IMG/VR virus record: IMGVR_UViG_3300010399_000031
Coordinates: 179,404 to 243,403 of that record
Reading direction: 5' to 3' (one strand)
DNA: 64,000 nt
In this document: positions 1 to 8,951 of the stretch, piece after piece
Position numbering within the stretch: position 1 is the stretch's first letter
How the letters are laid out: every line of letters starts with the position of its first letter
Position numbers and translations under genes: made by a program
The notes under the pieces: generated by a model
The model's input: only the letters and a program-made list of their open reading frames with translations
Database searches by the model: none
What the model was told of the DNA's origin: nothing

Positions 1-1
1 G

Positions 2-352
2 AATCGCCCGTGGTTATTCAATGTATCAAACGGCCACAGTCACCCAGTATAGCGGAGTGCATCAATAGCAGACATTCACACAAGGTGGGTCAGTGTATCA
101 TGGAAAGTTAATTACCCATGGCATGAGAGTGTATTAGAGGATCAAAGACATCCAATCCCAAGCAATGTATCATAGTAGGGAATTCACCCAGTTGGAACAA
201 ATGTATCAAAATGTCGTATTCACCCATTCTTTGAAAATGCACCATCACCCCTTATTCATCCACCAAAAGGAAGTGTATCAAGAAGCACAACTCACCCATT
301 GGGTTGTAGTGTATCAACAGCAGCAATTCACCCAATGCGATACAGTGTCGCC
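2..352 (+). repeat. TIGR-like dual-repeat guide-RNA array (36-nt period; 9 complete units, likely truncated by the window edge)
   Basis: Repeat 1, consensus A(G/A)TG(T/C)ATCA, at 20, 56, 92, 128, 164, 200, 236, 272, 308 and (degenerate) 344. Repeat 2, consensus ATTCACCCA, at 2, 38, 74, 110, 146, 182, 218, 254, 290, 326. Every interval is a unique 9-nt spacer. Adjacent to a Nop-domain gene. Confidence 0.93.
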
Positions 353-409
353 CACCACGACACACTAAGAAACCATTTTTATTCGAACTAAAGAAAGGAA
401 TAGAGCACC

Positions 410-1663
410 ATGAGCCAAGAAACGATTATCCCCACATACAACCCGAACATCTCCGTGATTCGCACGATGGTGCGCTCAGCTTACGACATGCAACTGTTGC
501 GCATCCAGATGGGCAACCGCGTGACCGCCAGCTTCAAAGTCAAGCTCGGCCTTCGCCAAGACGGCATGAGTGAGAAGGACCTCGAAAAGCAAGAAAAGGG
601 TCTACTCGATCAGCTACGTGCTTCTTACGCCCGCATCACCGACGGCATCATCGAAGAGCATGGTGAAGACATCAAGGTCAAGAAGTTGCCGACTGAAAAG
701 AAGTTCGTCGGCGATGAGCTGATTACCCACTACAGCGAATTGTTGCTCGTAGATAACTACCTGGCTACGCTCAGGAATGAAGAGCGACATTTCAAGGACA
801 TGGAGAAGATCCTAAAGAAGATCCCGGTCTACACCGAGTTCCTCGAAAACGTTCGTGGTATTGGTCCAGCCATGGCGGGCGTGATCATCTCCGAGATTGA
901 CATCTACAAGGCGCAGTATCCGTCTAGCCTTTGGATGTTGGCAGGGCTCGATGTCGTTCACGTCGGTAAGTACACCGACGATAAAGGGGTCGAGCGCACA
1001 GTGCGGGGTTGGGAGATCGACCAATGGTACTCCAACGACCAGAACATCGATAAGGAGTTCCTCGCTGAAGGCAAGTACCCGGTTCACTTCGAAGCCCATG
1101 GTCGTTCGCGTAAAGAGTTTTGTCTCGTGCGACGCACCTACGTCAACAAAGCGGGTGAGCAAAGTGAGCGTGACTCAATCACGTTCAATCCGTTTCTGAA
1201 GACGAAGTTGGTCGGGGTGCTCGGCACGTCTTTCTTGCGTGCTGGTATCGCAACGGTTGATGGTAAGAAGACCGGTGGTGCGGCTCGCTTGGCACTTGCC
1301 AAGGCAGAAGGGTTCGATCCGAAGGATTACGTTGAGATGGACGAAGATCAAGCAGTGATCGTCTACCTACGTGCTAAGGGTCACGAGGTTGTGGTGGAGC
1401 CGAGCCCTTACTCGGTGATTTACAACAACTACAAGAACCGTCTGAACAACGATCCGCGTCACATCGAGAAGAGCGCGCTTCACAAGCACAACATGGCCAT
1501 TCGCTACATGGTCAAGCGTTTTCTGGTTGACCTCTATAACCACTGGCGTAAGCTGGAAGGTTTGGTTGTCGCCCCGGAGTATTCGGAAGGGGTACTCGGC
1601 AAAGTACACGGTGAAGCTAAGGAAGCTGGTTGGCAACATCCGCGCTATCGTAGGTCCGCTTAA
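410..1663 (+). CDS. tasA: Nop-domain / IS110-related RNA-binding protein lacking RuvC (TasA-like)
   Basis: Coiled coil with 'YDMQLLRIQMGNR', 'LENVRGIGPAMAGVIISEI', 'SSLWMLAGLDVV', 'FNPFLKTKL' and 'HNMAIRYMVKRFLVDLY'. No N-terminal DEDD RuvC domain and no IS110 catalytic SG loop. SD AAGGA upstream; directly downstream of the array. Confidence 0.85.
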   Translation: MSQETIIPTYNPNISVIRTMVRSAYDMQLLRIQMGNRVTASFKVKLGLRQDGMSEKDLEKQEKGLLDQLRASYARITDGIIEEHGEDIKVKKLPTEKKFVGDELITHYSELLLVDNYLATLRNEERHFKDMEKILKKIPVYTEFLENVRGIGPAMAGVIISEIDIYKAQYPSSLWMLAGLDVVHVGKYTDDKGVERTVRGWEIDQWYSNDQNIDKEFLAEGKYPVHFEAHGRSRKEFCLVRRTYVNKAGEQSERDSITFNPFLKTKLVGVLGTSFLRAGIATVDGKKTGGAARLALAKAEGFDPKDYVEMDEDQAVIVYLRAKGHEVVVEPSPYSVIYNNYKNRLNNDPRHIEKSALHKHNMAIRYMVKRFLVDLYNHWRKLEGLVVAPEYSEGVLGKVHGEAKEAGWQHPRYRRSA

Positions 1664-1690
1664 ATCCAGTCATTCAGAGAGGAATTTACC

Positions 1691-2065
1691 ATGAGCATCA
1701 AAGAACTTCTGGAACCGTTTCAAGTCGACGCTGAACAGCAACCGATTACACCCGAAGTGTTTTTTGCACGAAGCTTTCAAGTCGCATTGAGGGACCTGAA
1801 TATCACTTCGGTGAAATGGGACGAACTGATGTCGGCGTATCTGGAGAAACACTTCGCTGCACAAGGGGTGGTGGCAACTCGTGCAGATATTAAATCTGCA
1901 CGAGCAAACCTCTCGAAGCAACTGTGCGAACTGAACATGTCGTGGAAAGTCTATCTGAAGGGCATGGAAATGCTCGGCTTCGATATGGTCAATATCCGAC
2001 TTGCTGGCGTCAAGCAGGAAGAGGTCCAGACTACCTTGGGATTAGCGGTTAAGCTTCCTCAATAA
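1691..2065 (+). CDS. hypothetical protein, likely co-transcribed with the Tas-like gene
   Basis: ORF with SD GAGGA, 27 nt after the upstream stop; terminator follows. Confidence 0.75.
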   Translation: MSIKELLEPFQVDAEQQPITPEVFFARSFQVALRDLNITSVKWDELMSAYLEKHFAAQGVVATRADIKSARANLSKQLCELNMSWKVYLKGMEMLGFDMVNIRLAGVKQEEVQTTLGLAVKLPQ

Positions 2066-2087
2066 ACAAAAAGGATGGAATAGAAAC

Positions 2088-2117
2088 GAGAGCTTCGGCT
2101 CTCCCTTTTCTTTTTTT
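2088..2117 (+). terminator. intrinsic terminator
   Basis: GAGAGC-TTCG-GCTCTC followed by a T-rich tract. Confidence 0.8.
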
Positions 2118-2179
2118 CCCGAAATACCAGAAATCGAACCCCTCAACAAGCTACAGTAAGAAAATATAAGGGAAACAAA

Positions 2180-2521
2180 ATGAGTGAGAGAAAGTTGTTT
2201 GGAATCGGTCAACGTGTGACCCACTTCGACGGGGGTCCAGGTACGCATGGTAAAGGTACGATCGTCGCTTATAACGGTGTGAAGCCAGATAGCTATGCGG
2301 CTAAGAATCCCGCTAAGGCAGCTGAATTAGTGGCTGGGTGTTTTACTGACCCGAAACTGAAAGAAGCGATGGCGGGCGCTTTGGTCAACAGCTTCTACGA
2401 TGGTGATCGATATCCCTACGTCGTACAGTGGGATCCGCGTGTCGACGATAGCGACATCGCGCGGAAATACCCGAATGGGTACAAAGACGTCTACGGTGAC
2501 GAACTCAAACCCATCGAGTGA
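2180..2521 (+). CDS. hypothetical protein
   Basis: ORF with SD AAGGGA. Confidence 0.75.
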   Translation: MSERKLFGIGQRVTHFDGGPGTHGKGTIVAYNGVKPDSYAAKNPAKAAELVAGCFTDPKLKEAMAGALVNSFYDGDRYPYVVQWDPRVDDSDIARKYPNGYKDVYGDELKPIE

Positions 2522-2546
2522 AAAAATCTTCGATTGACGACATAAG

Positions 2547-2570
2547 TGGGGACTCCGTAAGGAGTCCCCA
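2547..2570 (-). terminator. hairpin between convergent genes
   Basis: TGGGGACTCC-GTAA-GGAGTCCCCA; CTTATGTC follows on the - strand. Confidence 0.7.
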
Positions 2571-2574
2571 AACG

Positions 2575-3324
2575 TTACTCTATCGACGTAACGCTCCAGA
2601 AGTCTTCAGCCAGATCTGGCGAAAGGACATAGTCGAAGGGCAGGTAGAAGTAACCATTTTCACCCCAGCCCGATCCCCAGCTATTCCTAATAATGAAGAG
2701 ACGCTTGATGCGATCGTAACCGACGATCAACACGGCGTGACCACCCAAGCATTGTTCCTTGTTCACATCGGGCATGGGTACCAAACCGCTGGCTGCCACT
2801 TCGTCCGATTCGAGCGAATCGTAGACGTAGATGCCAAAGGCGATCGGGTAACCCGATGCAAGCGCGTGCAAAAGGTCGTCTTCGGTTTGATTCACACGGC
2901 GGTACGCAATCGCTTTGTGTTTCAAAGCGTCGTTGTACGCTTCGAGCGAGGGCTTCAGTTTGAAGTTTTCCTCGACGTACGGACACAGCGTTTCGTTGCA
3001 GGTACCCAGCTGTGCGATCACTTTGATGCCGTCGCGGATCTCGGCACCCGAGTCTTCCGTGAGTGTGCCTTCGAGACCGCGCTCGCCGTAGTAGACGAAA
3101 AGGCGCGAGAGACGAATCGGTTGCTCACGCTGTTTGTTCTCGTCGTACTCCAGCGCCCCGACGATGGCGTGGGCCGTGCACGAACCCAACTCACCTTGGT
3201 CTTCGACCGGGGAGCAGCCAGGGCGCAAATCGATCTGGTCGGGAATATCGATCGGTGCAGCTGCCGAGTATTTGTGGTCACGCGGATCGTGTTTGTCTTT
3301 GACACGATTGTACAGTCGCTTCAT
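2575..3324 (-). CDS. papain-like cysteine peptidase (family C1A)
   Basis: Catalytic motifs DQGELGSCT, GGHAV and RNSWG..WG..GYF; 'IDLRP' start of the mature domain. Confidence 0.93.
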   Translation of the reverse strand: MKRLYNRVKDKHDPRDHKYSAAAPIDIPDQIDLRPGCSPVEDQGELGSCTAHAIVGALEYDENKQREQPIRLSRLFVYYGERGLEGTLTEDSGAEIRDGIKVIAQLGTCNETLCPYVEENFKLKPSLEAYNDALKHKAIAYRRVNQTEDDLLHALASGYPIAFGIYVYDSLESDEVAASGLVPMPDVNKEQCLGGHAVLIVGYDRIKRLFIIRNSWGSGWGENGYFYLPFDYVLSPDLAEDFWSVTSIE

Positions 3325-3402
3325 GTTTCACCTTAAGCGTAGCGTTGAAGTGGGATACTTCATACGATCGCATTAACTTTTTATATCGAGAAGGAACAAA
3401 TC

Positions 3403-3858
3403 ATGAGCGAGCATCAAACTCAGAATGTAGGTGAATCTTCCAGGACACGCGATGTTGTTCTGGCAATGAAGTCTGGAATGAAAGATGAATCGATTTGGGA
3501 GAAATTTAAAGATTGGGGAGAACAAGCTGAAAATCAGATGTATCGGCAGGCTGATGTCGATCTTCAAATCCCGAAAGAAAATTCACCCTACTCCTGCGAC
3601 ATCTGCATGGTTGCGATGCCGCATATTTTCCAAAGGAAGACAGACGAGTCTTGGGTGGTTGGATATCGGTTTATCATCGATCACATCTATTTTGATGGTG
3701 AAGAAAAAGAAGTCAAGCGCTATCAAGACTACTGCTTTTTAGTGTTAGCTGAAGGTAGCAGTTTTGCTGGAGTAGGACTCGGTAAAGACACCTTCATCGG
3801 TGAATTCATTCTTAAAGAAGACATCGAGAAATTCCAGTCGATGATCAAGACTCACTAA
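3403..3858 (+). CDS. hypothetical protein
   Basis: ORF with SD AAGGA, in a tightly packed + strand run. Confidence 0.7.
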   Translation: MSEHQTQNVGESSRTRDVVLAMKSGMKDESIWEKFKDWGEQAENQMYRQADVDLQIPKENSPYSCDICMVAMPHIFQRKTDESWVVGYRFIIDHIYFDGEEKEVKRYQDYCFLVLAEGSSFAGVGLGKDTFIGEFILKEDIEKFQSMIKTH

Positions 3859-3869
3859 AAATAAACGAG

Positions 3870-4235
3870 GTGTTTCAAATGCATGCAATCAAAGCAGATA
3901 CTCCGGAGATTCTGATCGACTGGATTCGAGACCACTGTGTCTCGGTCGAAGTGTTTCGGGAGATCAAAGACTGGACCATTCAAAAGCTCCAGCAAAGTTT
4001 GGATAATAACCCTCACGCCCATGATCAAATTTCTTACCTGATTTCACCGGTAAGAGCCACCCCAGCTGTGGGTGAGACGTTCGATGGATATTCGTTTGAA
4101 ATCATCATCGAGCATCCGAACGCCGATCCGGAGATGGCCATTACCTTCTTTCGCGCTGACACCATGGGGCGTATCGTCGGTACCCTGAGTCGCAAAGGAG
4201 TGCTCTCCTGGGTGACGGCTCAAGACGAGGAGTAA
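3870..4235 (+). CDS. hypothetical protein
   Basis: packed ORF; start may be the ATG at 3879. Confidence 0.7.
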   Translation: MFQMHAIKADTPEILIDWIRDHCVSVEVFREIKDWTIQKLQQSLDNNPHAHDQISYLISPVRATPAVGETFDGYSFEIIIEHPNADPEMAITFFRADTMGRIVGTLSRKGVLSWVTAQDEE

Positions 4236-4238
4236 GCT

Positions 4239-4811
4239 TTGAAGATCATTCGCAACCCCTATTGGCGCGATGAAGAGTTAATGATGCTCACCATCAAAGA
4301 CTTGGAACGCCGCCGACTACCCAGCATCGGAGTATTCGAGTGTAATCAATTGACTCGGGCAACACAAAAGGGTAGTAAGTTAAGATCGCCGATCACCTCG
4401 CTCTCTATCCTACCCGAGGATCTCCACGCATGTGTCACCATTGTGAGTGATCCAGAAGACGAGGGAAAGGAGATCGTCAGTATTCGGTTTTATCAAAAAG
4501 TGAAAGAATCACCTGATCTTGTTGTCTTAGAAGACTGGTGTATCTATATCCCTAAAGGGTTGACCCATCTTACGGAGATAGCGCACCGCGTTTCAAGTCG
4601 CTTTGCTCAATTCTTTTTCTATTACCGCGATGCATTTGATGACCCAGTATTCGTTAGAGATTGGGATCGTGTGATTTACGGTTCTTTTAGCGATACATCG
4701 GATAGTTTAGCTGTATTTTTGAAACACAAGCAAGAAGAGGAGCAGCAAAATGATCAAGAAGATAGCACCAGTGACGGGAGTGCTGGGAGGGATGGTTCTG
4801 GAGCAACTTAA
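4239..4811 (+). CDS. hypothetical protein
   Basis: packed ORF, TTG start after GAGGAG. Confidence 0.65.
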   Translation: MKIIRNPYWRDEELMMLTIKDLERRRLPSIGVFECNQLTRATQKGSKLRSPITSLSILPEDLHACVTIVSDPEDEGKEIVSIRFYQKVKESPDLVVLEDWCIYIPKGLTHLTEIAHRVSSRFAQFFFYYRDAFDDPVFVRDWDRVIYGSFSDTSDSLAVFLKHKQEEEQQNDQEDSTSDGSAGRDGSGAT

Positions 4812-4968
4812 GACGCGACTCGGTTTGATGACGAGCGATGAAGCGAAAGCCAAGGCTTCGCACTACGATGCGTGCATGCAGGCGCTTGCTCCGGATGATC
4901 CGATGCATGTGGATTACTCGATCAAATACTACGACTACGCGCTGTACGCGGATCTACTTGCCGCTTAA
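4750..4968 (+). CDS. hypothetical protein
   Basis: SD GAGGAG; overlaps the end of the previous ORF. Confidence 0.6.
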   Translation: MIKKIAPVTGVLGGMVLEQLKTRLGLMTSDEAKAKASHYDACMQALAPDDPMHVDYSIKYYDYALYADLLAA

Positions 4969-4974
4969 AAGGAG

Positions 4975-5355
4975 GTGGTCGTGAAAGCTGGCAAATTCAT
5001 CTTAGGGCTTCAGGCGTTGGAAGTGGTGGCTTCACATGCCAAAGACGTGCAGAACGCCAAGCTCTTTTTGGCATCCATTGCCATTGCCAAGACCAAGCAA
5101 CGCCAAGCTGAACTCGGGGTGCCGTGTGGTTCAACTTATCGGGCTCGGTTTGTAGAAGGGATCGAAAACATTGAGTTTGCCGGTTCAATCTCAATGGATG
5201 GTTTTCTCATCGAGTACAAGATCGGACCCAATCCACCGGTTGAGGACAGGTCGAAGTACGTTTATCTGCATTACTTCGGCCAAGTGGATGAGCAAAAAAT
5301 GCTTGTGCAGTTTTACAAGATCGACAATTTCCCAGAACTGGACGATTCAGAATGA
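4975..5355 (+). CDS. hypothetical protein
   Basis: SD AGGAGG; ATGA overlap with the next ORF. Confidence 0.7.
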   Translation: MVVKAGKFILGLQALEVVASHAKDVQNAKLFLASIAIAKTKQRQAELGVPCGSTYRARFVEGIENIEFAGSISMDGFLIEYKIGPNPPVEDRSKYVYLHYFGQVDEQKMLVQFYKIDNFPELDDSE

Positions 5356-5945
5356 AGATCAAGAACTTTGGTTTTGACGCGCCGCGTGAGACACAGACCA
5401 TGCAGCGCATTTTGAGTGACATCGAAAAGCGCGCGCCACTGCCGCAACTGAACCTCGTGTATCAGACTTCGTCATTACGTCTACCAACTGAGACGGGCGG
5501 ACAACGCATGATTCCTTGTATTTCGTGCACCGTCAACAACGAGAGCAAGGAAGCGTTTCATGCCGCAGTGGTCGATACCGATCCAACCAATGAAGAGTTG
5601 ACTGTACTGCTCACCCACACGAACGGTGGGTCGGTTGGTTTTCGCACAATCTACACGTTCAAACCCCAGGCGGCGGTTTTTATCTCGTTCGACATTTTGA
5701 AGTTCTTCTACGAACGCGTGCCGACGCTTGAAGCGCTCGATGAGGAAGGTAACACCTTGCCTAACCCACTTTTTCACAAACCGCTTGAAGTGGAAAACGC
5801 ACTGAAAGCGGCGTACAAGGATCTTCCGGAGAGCTACACCTGGAAGCTCAATGTCGAGGCACGCAAGCCCGATAACAAGCCAATTATCGTGTGGCACGCC
5901 GAGAAAGACGAAGATTCGCAATCGCCCACGGAGAGCGAGCAATGA
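5352..5945 (+). CDS. hypothetical protein
   Basis: translationally coupled ORF. Confidence 0.75.
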   Translation: MKIKNFGFDAPRETQTMQRILSDIEKRAPLPQLNLVYQTSSLRLPTETGGQRMIPCISCTVNNESKEAFHAAVVDTDPTNEELTVLLTHTNGGSVGFRTIYTFKPQAAVFISFDILKFFYERVPTLEALDEEGNTLPNPLFHKPLEVENALKAAYKDLPESYTWKLNVEARKPDNKPIIVWHAEKDEDSQSPTESEQ

Positions 5946-6358
5946 CGCATGAGTGTATCGAGTTAAATGGTCCGGAAGTAATTCACTTCATCCAAGAGAA
6001 TCAGATCAATCCTCAGCTATTGGAGGACTTGGCTCAAAGCGTGATGCGATTTGAAACTCGCTACAGCGGCGAGATGAACCAAGTGATCTCCTCCAGCACC
6101 GATCTGCGCGCCGTTACCGTTCGCACCGACGAAGGTGAGCATGACGGGTACATGGTCACGGTTCATTACTACAAACAAGCCGATCCGAAAGACCCATCGG
6201 GCTGGCACACCCGACTTTGGTTCTTGACCAAAACCGAAGAAGACAAGATCAACGGCATCTGGGAGTTGGGTGAAAACATCGAACAGGCGGATCTTAATGA
6301 ATCCGCACTCAAGATGACCAAGTACGACGTACCCTTATTCGTGCCGAAGGCTGATTAG
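5942..6358 (+). CDS. hypothetical protein
   Basis: ATGA overlap at 5942 favoured over the track start 5891. Confidence 0.7.
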   Translation: MTHECIELNGPEVIHFIQENQINPQLLEDLAQSVMRFETRYSGEMNQVISSSTDLRAVTVRTDEGEHDGYMVTVHYYKQADPKDPSGWHTRLWFLTKTEEDKINGIWELGENIEQADLNESALKMTKYDVPLFVPKAD

Positions 6359-6440
6359 AAACAATAAAAAACAATAAAAGGTATGAAGGGGTTGACCTTC
6401 CCTTCATTCTTAACCTTTACTGGAAGACCGAGAACCAAAC

Positions 6441-6878
6441 ATGAGCAGAGCGAAAAAGCTGTTCAGTGCCCTGATCGATGAATTCCAACGCATCGATATT
6501 CCGGGACTAAAGGACGCGATCAAAGAAGGGGCACTGCATCGCAACGGGGTAAGCGAGAAGACCATCGAAATCGCGTCGGCCCACATCGCGATCCACACAG
6601 AGCCATCGGGGGTGACCAATGTTACCGTATTTGATCGCCCGCAGGGCTATCCGTACAAACCCGGCGTTGGCATCACGTTCTTTCTTGAAGAAAGTGACGA
6701 GGTGCATGATCCAGCGCGCGTTGCACGCGATGTCCTGTACTGGATGAGCTTGCATGCAACTATATTCCGACAGCGATTTGATCTACATCGGATTGTGGAA
6801 GTTTTCAAAGAACTCGATTCGCCGACTTTACGTCACGAGTATTGGCGAACCCAGCGTAAAATTCCAGCCTACACGTAA
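6441..6878 (+). CDS. hypothetical protein
   Basis: ORF on the coding strand. Confidence 0.7.
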   Translation: MSRAKKLFSALIDEFQRIDIPGLKDAIKEGALHRNGVSEKTIEIASAHIAIHTEPSGVTNVTVFDRPQGYPYKPGVGITFFLEESDEVHDPARVARDVLYWMSLHATIFRQRFDLHRIVEVFKELDSPTLRHEYWRTQRKIPAYT

Positions 6879-6931
6879 AAGTGATGCTATGACACTGGGC
6901 AATATAGCCTAGGTCTAGCGGAGGAAGACCG

Positions 6932-7132
6932 ATGAATATGAGTCATTTAATCGCGGCTCTGGTGGTGTTGTGGGTGGTCGGGGTATTGGGGTGGATGTGG
7001 TTTTCAATGGTAAAAGGTGCTTCTAATCCGAATAGTTTGCAAGTTATTCGAGTTCGAATCGCAGTGGTCATCGGTGGCGTGGTTTCAATCTTGCTACTAT
7101 ATGGCAACGCCATGCTCACAAGTACGCCGTAA
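6932..7132 (+). CDS. small two-TM membrane protein
   Basis: two hydrophobic segments; SD GGAGGA. Confidence 0.7.
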   Translation: MNMSHLIAALVVLWVVGVLGWMWFSMVKGASNPNSLQVIRVRIAVVIGGVVSILLLYGNAMLTSTP

Positions 7133-7139
7133 GGATACG

Positions 7140-7169
7140 GGGGTTCCAAAAGGAACCCCTTTTATGCCC
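7140..7169 (+). terminator. hairpin + TTTTATGCCC
   Basis: GGGGTTCC-AAAA-GGAACCCC. Confidence 0.75.
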
Positions 7170-7340
7170 ACGGTTAATCAAGTCAGTTCATGGCACAAAA
7201 GTTGTTTTATACGTCGTCAGTAGATCATCTGGGTACGGGGGTTTAGTTGTTTAGTTGAGTAGTTGATAATCATTAGTCTAAAGACAGGATGAAACGCTGT
7301 TGTTTTTGTTTTCACTTTTTTAACATAAAGCGGAGATAAG

Positions 7341-7766
7341 ATGCGAATCAGAAAATCTAGACTACTGATGACCTTCGAGGCACTCTGTCATGAGTTAGAA
7401 AAAAGGTCACGCCGAGACATTGATGTGTGTGCTTTTCATACCCGATTAACGGGTAAAACAGCGTACGCACTTTCGATCTCAAAACACGGTCTCTTCGTGG
7501 TGTTATCCCACCCAGAGCAAGCCAAGTATATTCAACTTACCACCATGAAACTGACTGGTGGTGAGACGCGTTATTGTGCCCAAATCCATACCGTCGAAGA
7601 AAATAACGTTATGAAAATGGCGTACCTCACGATGGAATTCTTCTACGAGAGGTTATTTAATGGTAACCTGGGAGAGCTTCGTGACGCGTTTCCTGATTTA
7701 AACCGACACCAGGAAATTGTGACCATTCAATCCCAAGAATTGGACTTGACTGAGTTTCCGACCTGA
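7341..7766 (+). CDS. hypothetical protein
   Basis: SD GGAG. Confidence 0.7.
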   Translation: MRIRKSRLLMTFEALCHELEKRSRRDIDVCAFHTRLTGKTAYALSISKHGLFVVLSHPEQAKYIQLTTMKLTGGETRYCAQIHTVEENNVMKMAYLTMEFFYERLFNGNLGELRDAFPDLNRHQEIVTIQSQELDLTEFPT

Positions 7767-7795
7767 GTGTACGGTCAAACGGGGAGATAAGAAAA

Positions 7796-8218
7796 ATGAA
7801 GACGAACACAGCTTTAAACGTAGGAACGGATAACTTCTGGCAATATGTTTCTCGTAGCGATTACAAAATGGAAACATTTGATCGTGATCGCGCGATGGAG
7901 TATATCCGAAGAAATTGCTTTAATGCGCGCGTCTTTAAATTAGTACTGTTGGGGGCCAACATCGCGTTTAATCAGGTACGTAAAACGGATAAGGAAGTAT
8001 TGGGCTTTTTTGCTGACTTCCATCTAGAACTGGACCATCCTGAAATAGATCACCCAGTTAATCATCGAATCATGATGAAGATGGAAATTCGCCGAGAAGT
8101 CAAAGATTCTAAGGGAAAACTCCCTCCGGTATTTTACGAGATGGCACTCCTGATCAACCACGACGGAATAATCGTCGACGTCGATTATCAGCCATTGGAA
8201 CGTCAACTAGCGAAATAG
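7796..8218 (+). CDS. hypothetical protein
   Basis: SD GGAG. Confidence 0.7.
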   Translation: MKTNTALNVGTDNFWQYVSRSDYKMETFDRDRAMEYIRRNCFNARVFKLVLLGANIAFNQVRKTDKEVLGFFADFHLELDHPEIDHPVNHRIMMKMEIRREVKDSKGKLPPVFYEMALLINHDGIIVDVDYQPLERQLAK

Positions 8219-8249
8219 TCTTCTCGACTACTCCAATAGGGTACCCAAA

Positions 8250-8612
8250 ATGCTAGGTTTAATGCGACAAAGAAAACGTAAATTAAATGACACCGATCCG
8301 CCGCCTAAGCCTCGGTGTATTCCAGAAAACGTTTATATGTGGGGTGGATCATTTTGGGATCCATGGAGAAGTATCTCGACCCCATATGCGCAGCAGCAAA
8401 TGGACGAAGTGATTGCTCAATTTAAGCGTTCCACAAAAACCGCGTCACTGCGTTTCATTCGTTACGGTAGTACCTTAATTGCCGATGCAGGTCAGCGCAG
8501 CTTGCATCTGGAATTCGTTTGGGAAGGCGAACAAGTCGTTGAGATTATCAGTCGCTCACGTCGCTACCCAACGAATAACCAAGGCGATTATCGCACAGCT
8601 TGTTCCCCTTAA
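8250..8612 (+). CDS. hypothetical protein
   Basis: ORF on the coding strand. Confidence 0.6.
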   Translation: MLGLMRQRKRKLNDTDPPPKPRCIPENVYMWGGSFWDPWRSISTPYAQQQMDEVIAQFKRSTKTASLRFIRYGSTLIADAGQRSLHLEFVWEGEQVVEIISRSRRYPTNNQGDYRTACSP

Positions 8613-8638
8613 CTACCTTTAGGAAAAAAGGTTCTGAA

Positions 8639-8896
8639 ATGAAACCCTTGCAAGGACTTGTCCTCGCATTAACTGCTACCATCGTGAGCAGTTCGTATGC
8701 AGTCTCCAAAGATGAAGTAATCCAGGAGGCTGTTAAGAAAGGCGCAATTATCGTTGTGTGCGACAACGGTGTGTGCAAAGACTCTAAGACTCAGGAGATT
8801 TTGGGTCAAGGAGAAAACGGAACATTCCTCCTCTACCCGCCAGGTCATGAGCAGGAAGAAGCACAGACTGCGCGACTCTTAGCTCGCGCTGAGTAG
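8639..8896 (+). CDS. small secreted protein (signal peptide)
   Basis: MKPLQGLVLALTATIVSSSYA resembles a Sec signal peptide; start reassigned to 8639. Confidence 0.65.
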   Translation: MKPLQGLVLALTATIVSSSYAVSKDEVIQEAVKKGAIIVVCDNGVCKDSKTQEILGQGENGTFLLYPPGHEQEEAQTARLLARAE

Positions 8897-8951
8897 CGTT
8901 TATAGGGGTGGTGTTATCCACCCCTGTTATGCTCTTAAGTGAGGAATAACA

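Noticed and set aside
2-352. CRISPR array
   Set aside because: Repeats and spacers are only 9 nt, two repeat types alternate, and no cas genes are present.
165-368. 67-aa ORF with repeated MYQ/FTQ/FTH motifs
   Set aside because: It is the translation of the 36-nt array (the period is a multiple of 3); no SD, and conservation follows the nucleotide repeats.
410-1663. Active IS110 transposase / insertion sequence
   Set aside because: No N-terminal DEDD RuvC domain and no catalytic SG loop; the upstream non-coding region is a multi-unit array rather than a single bridge RNA.
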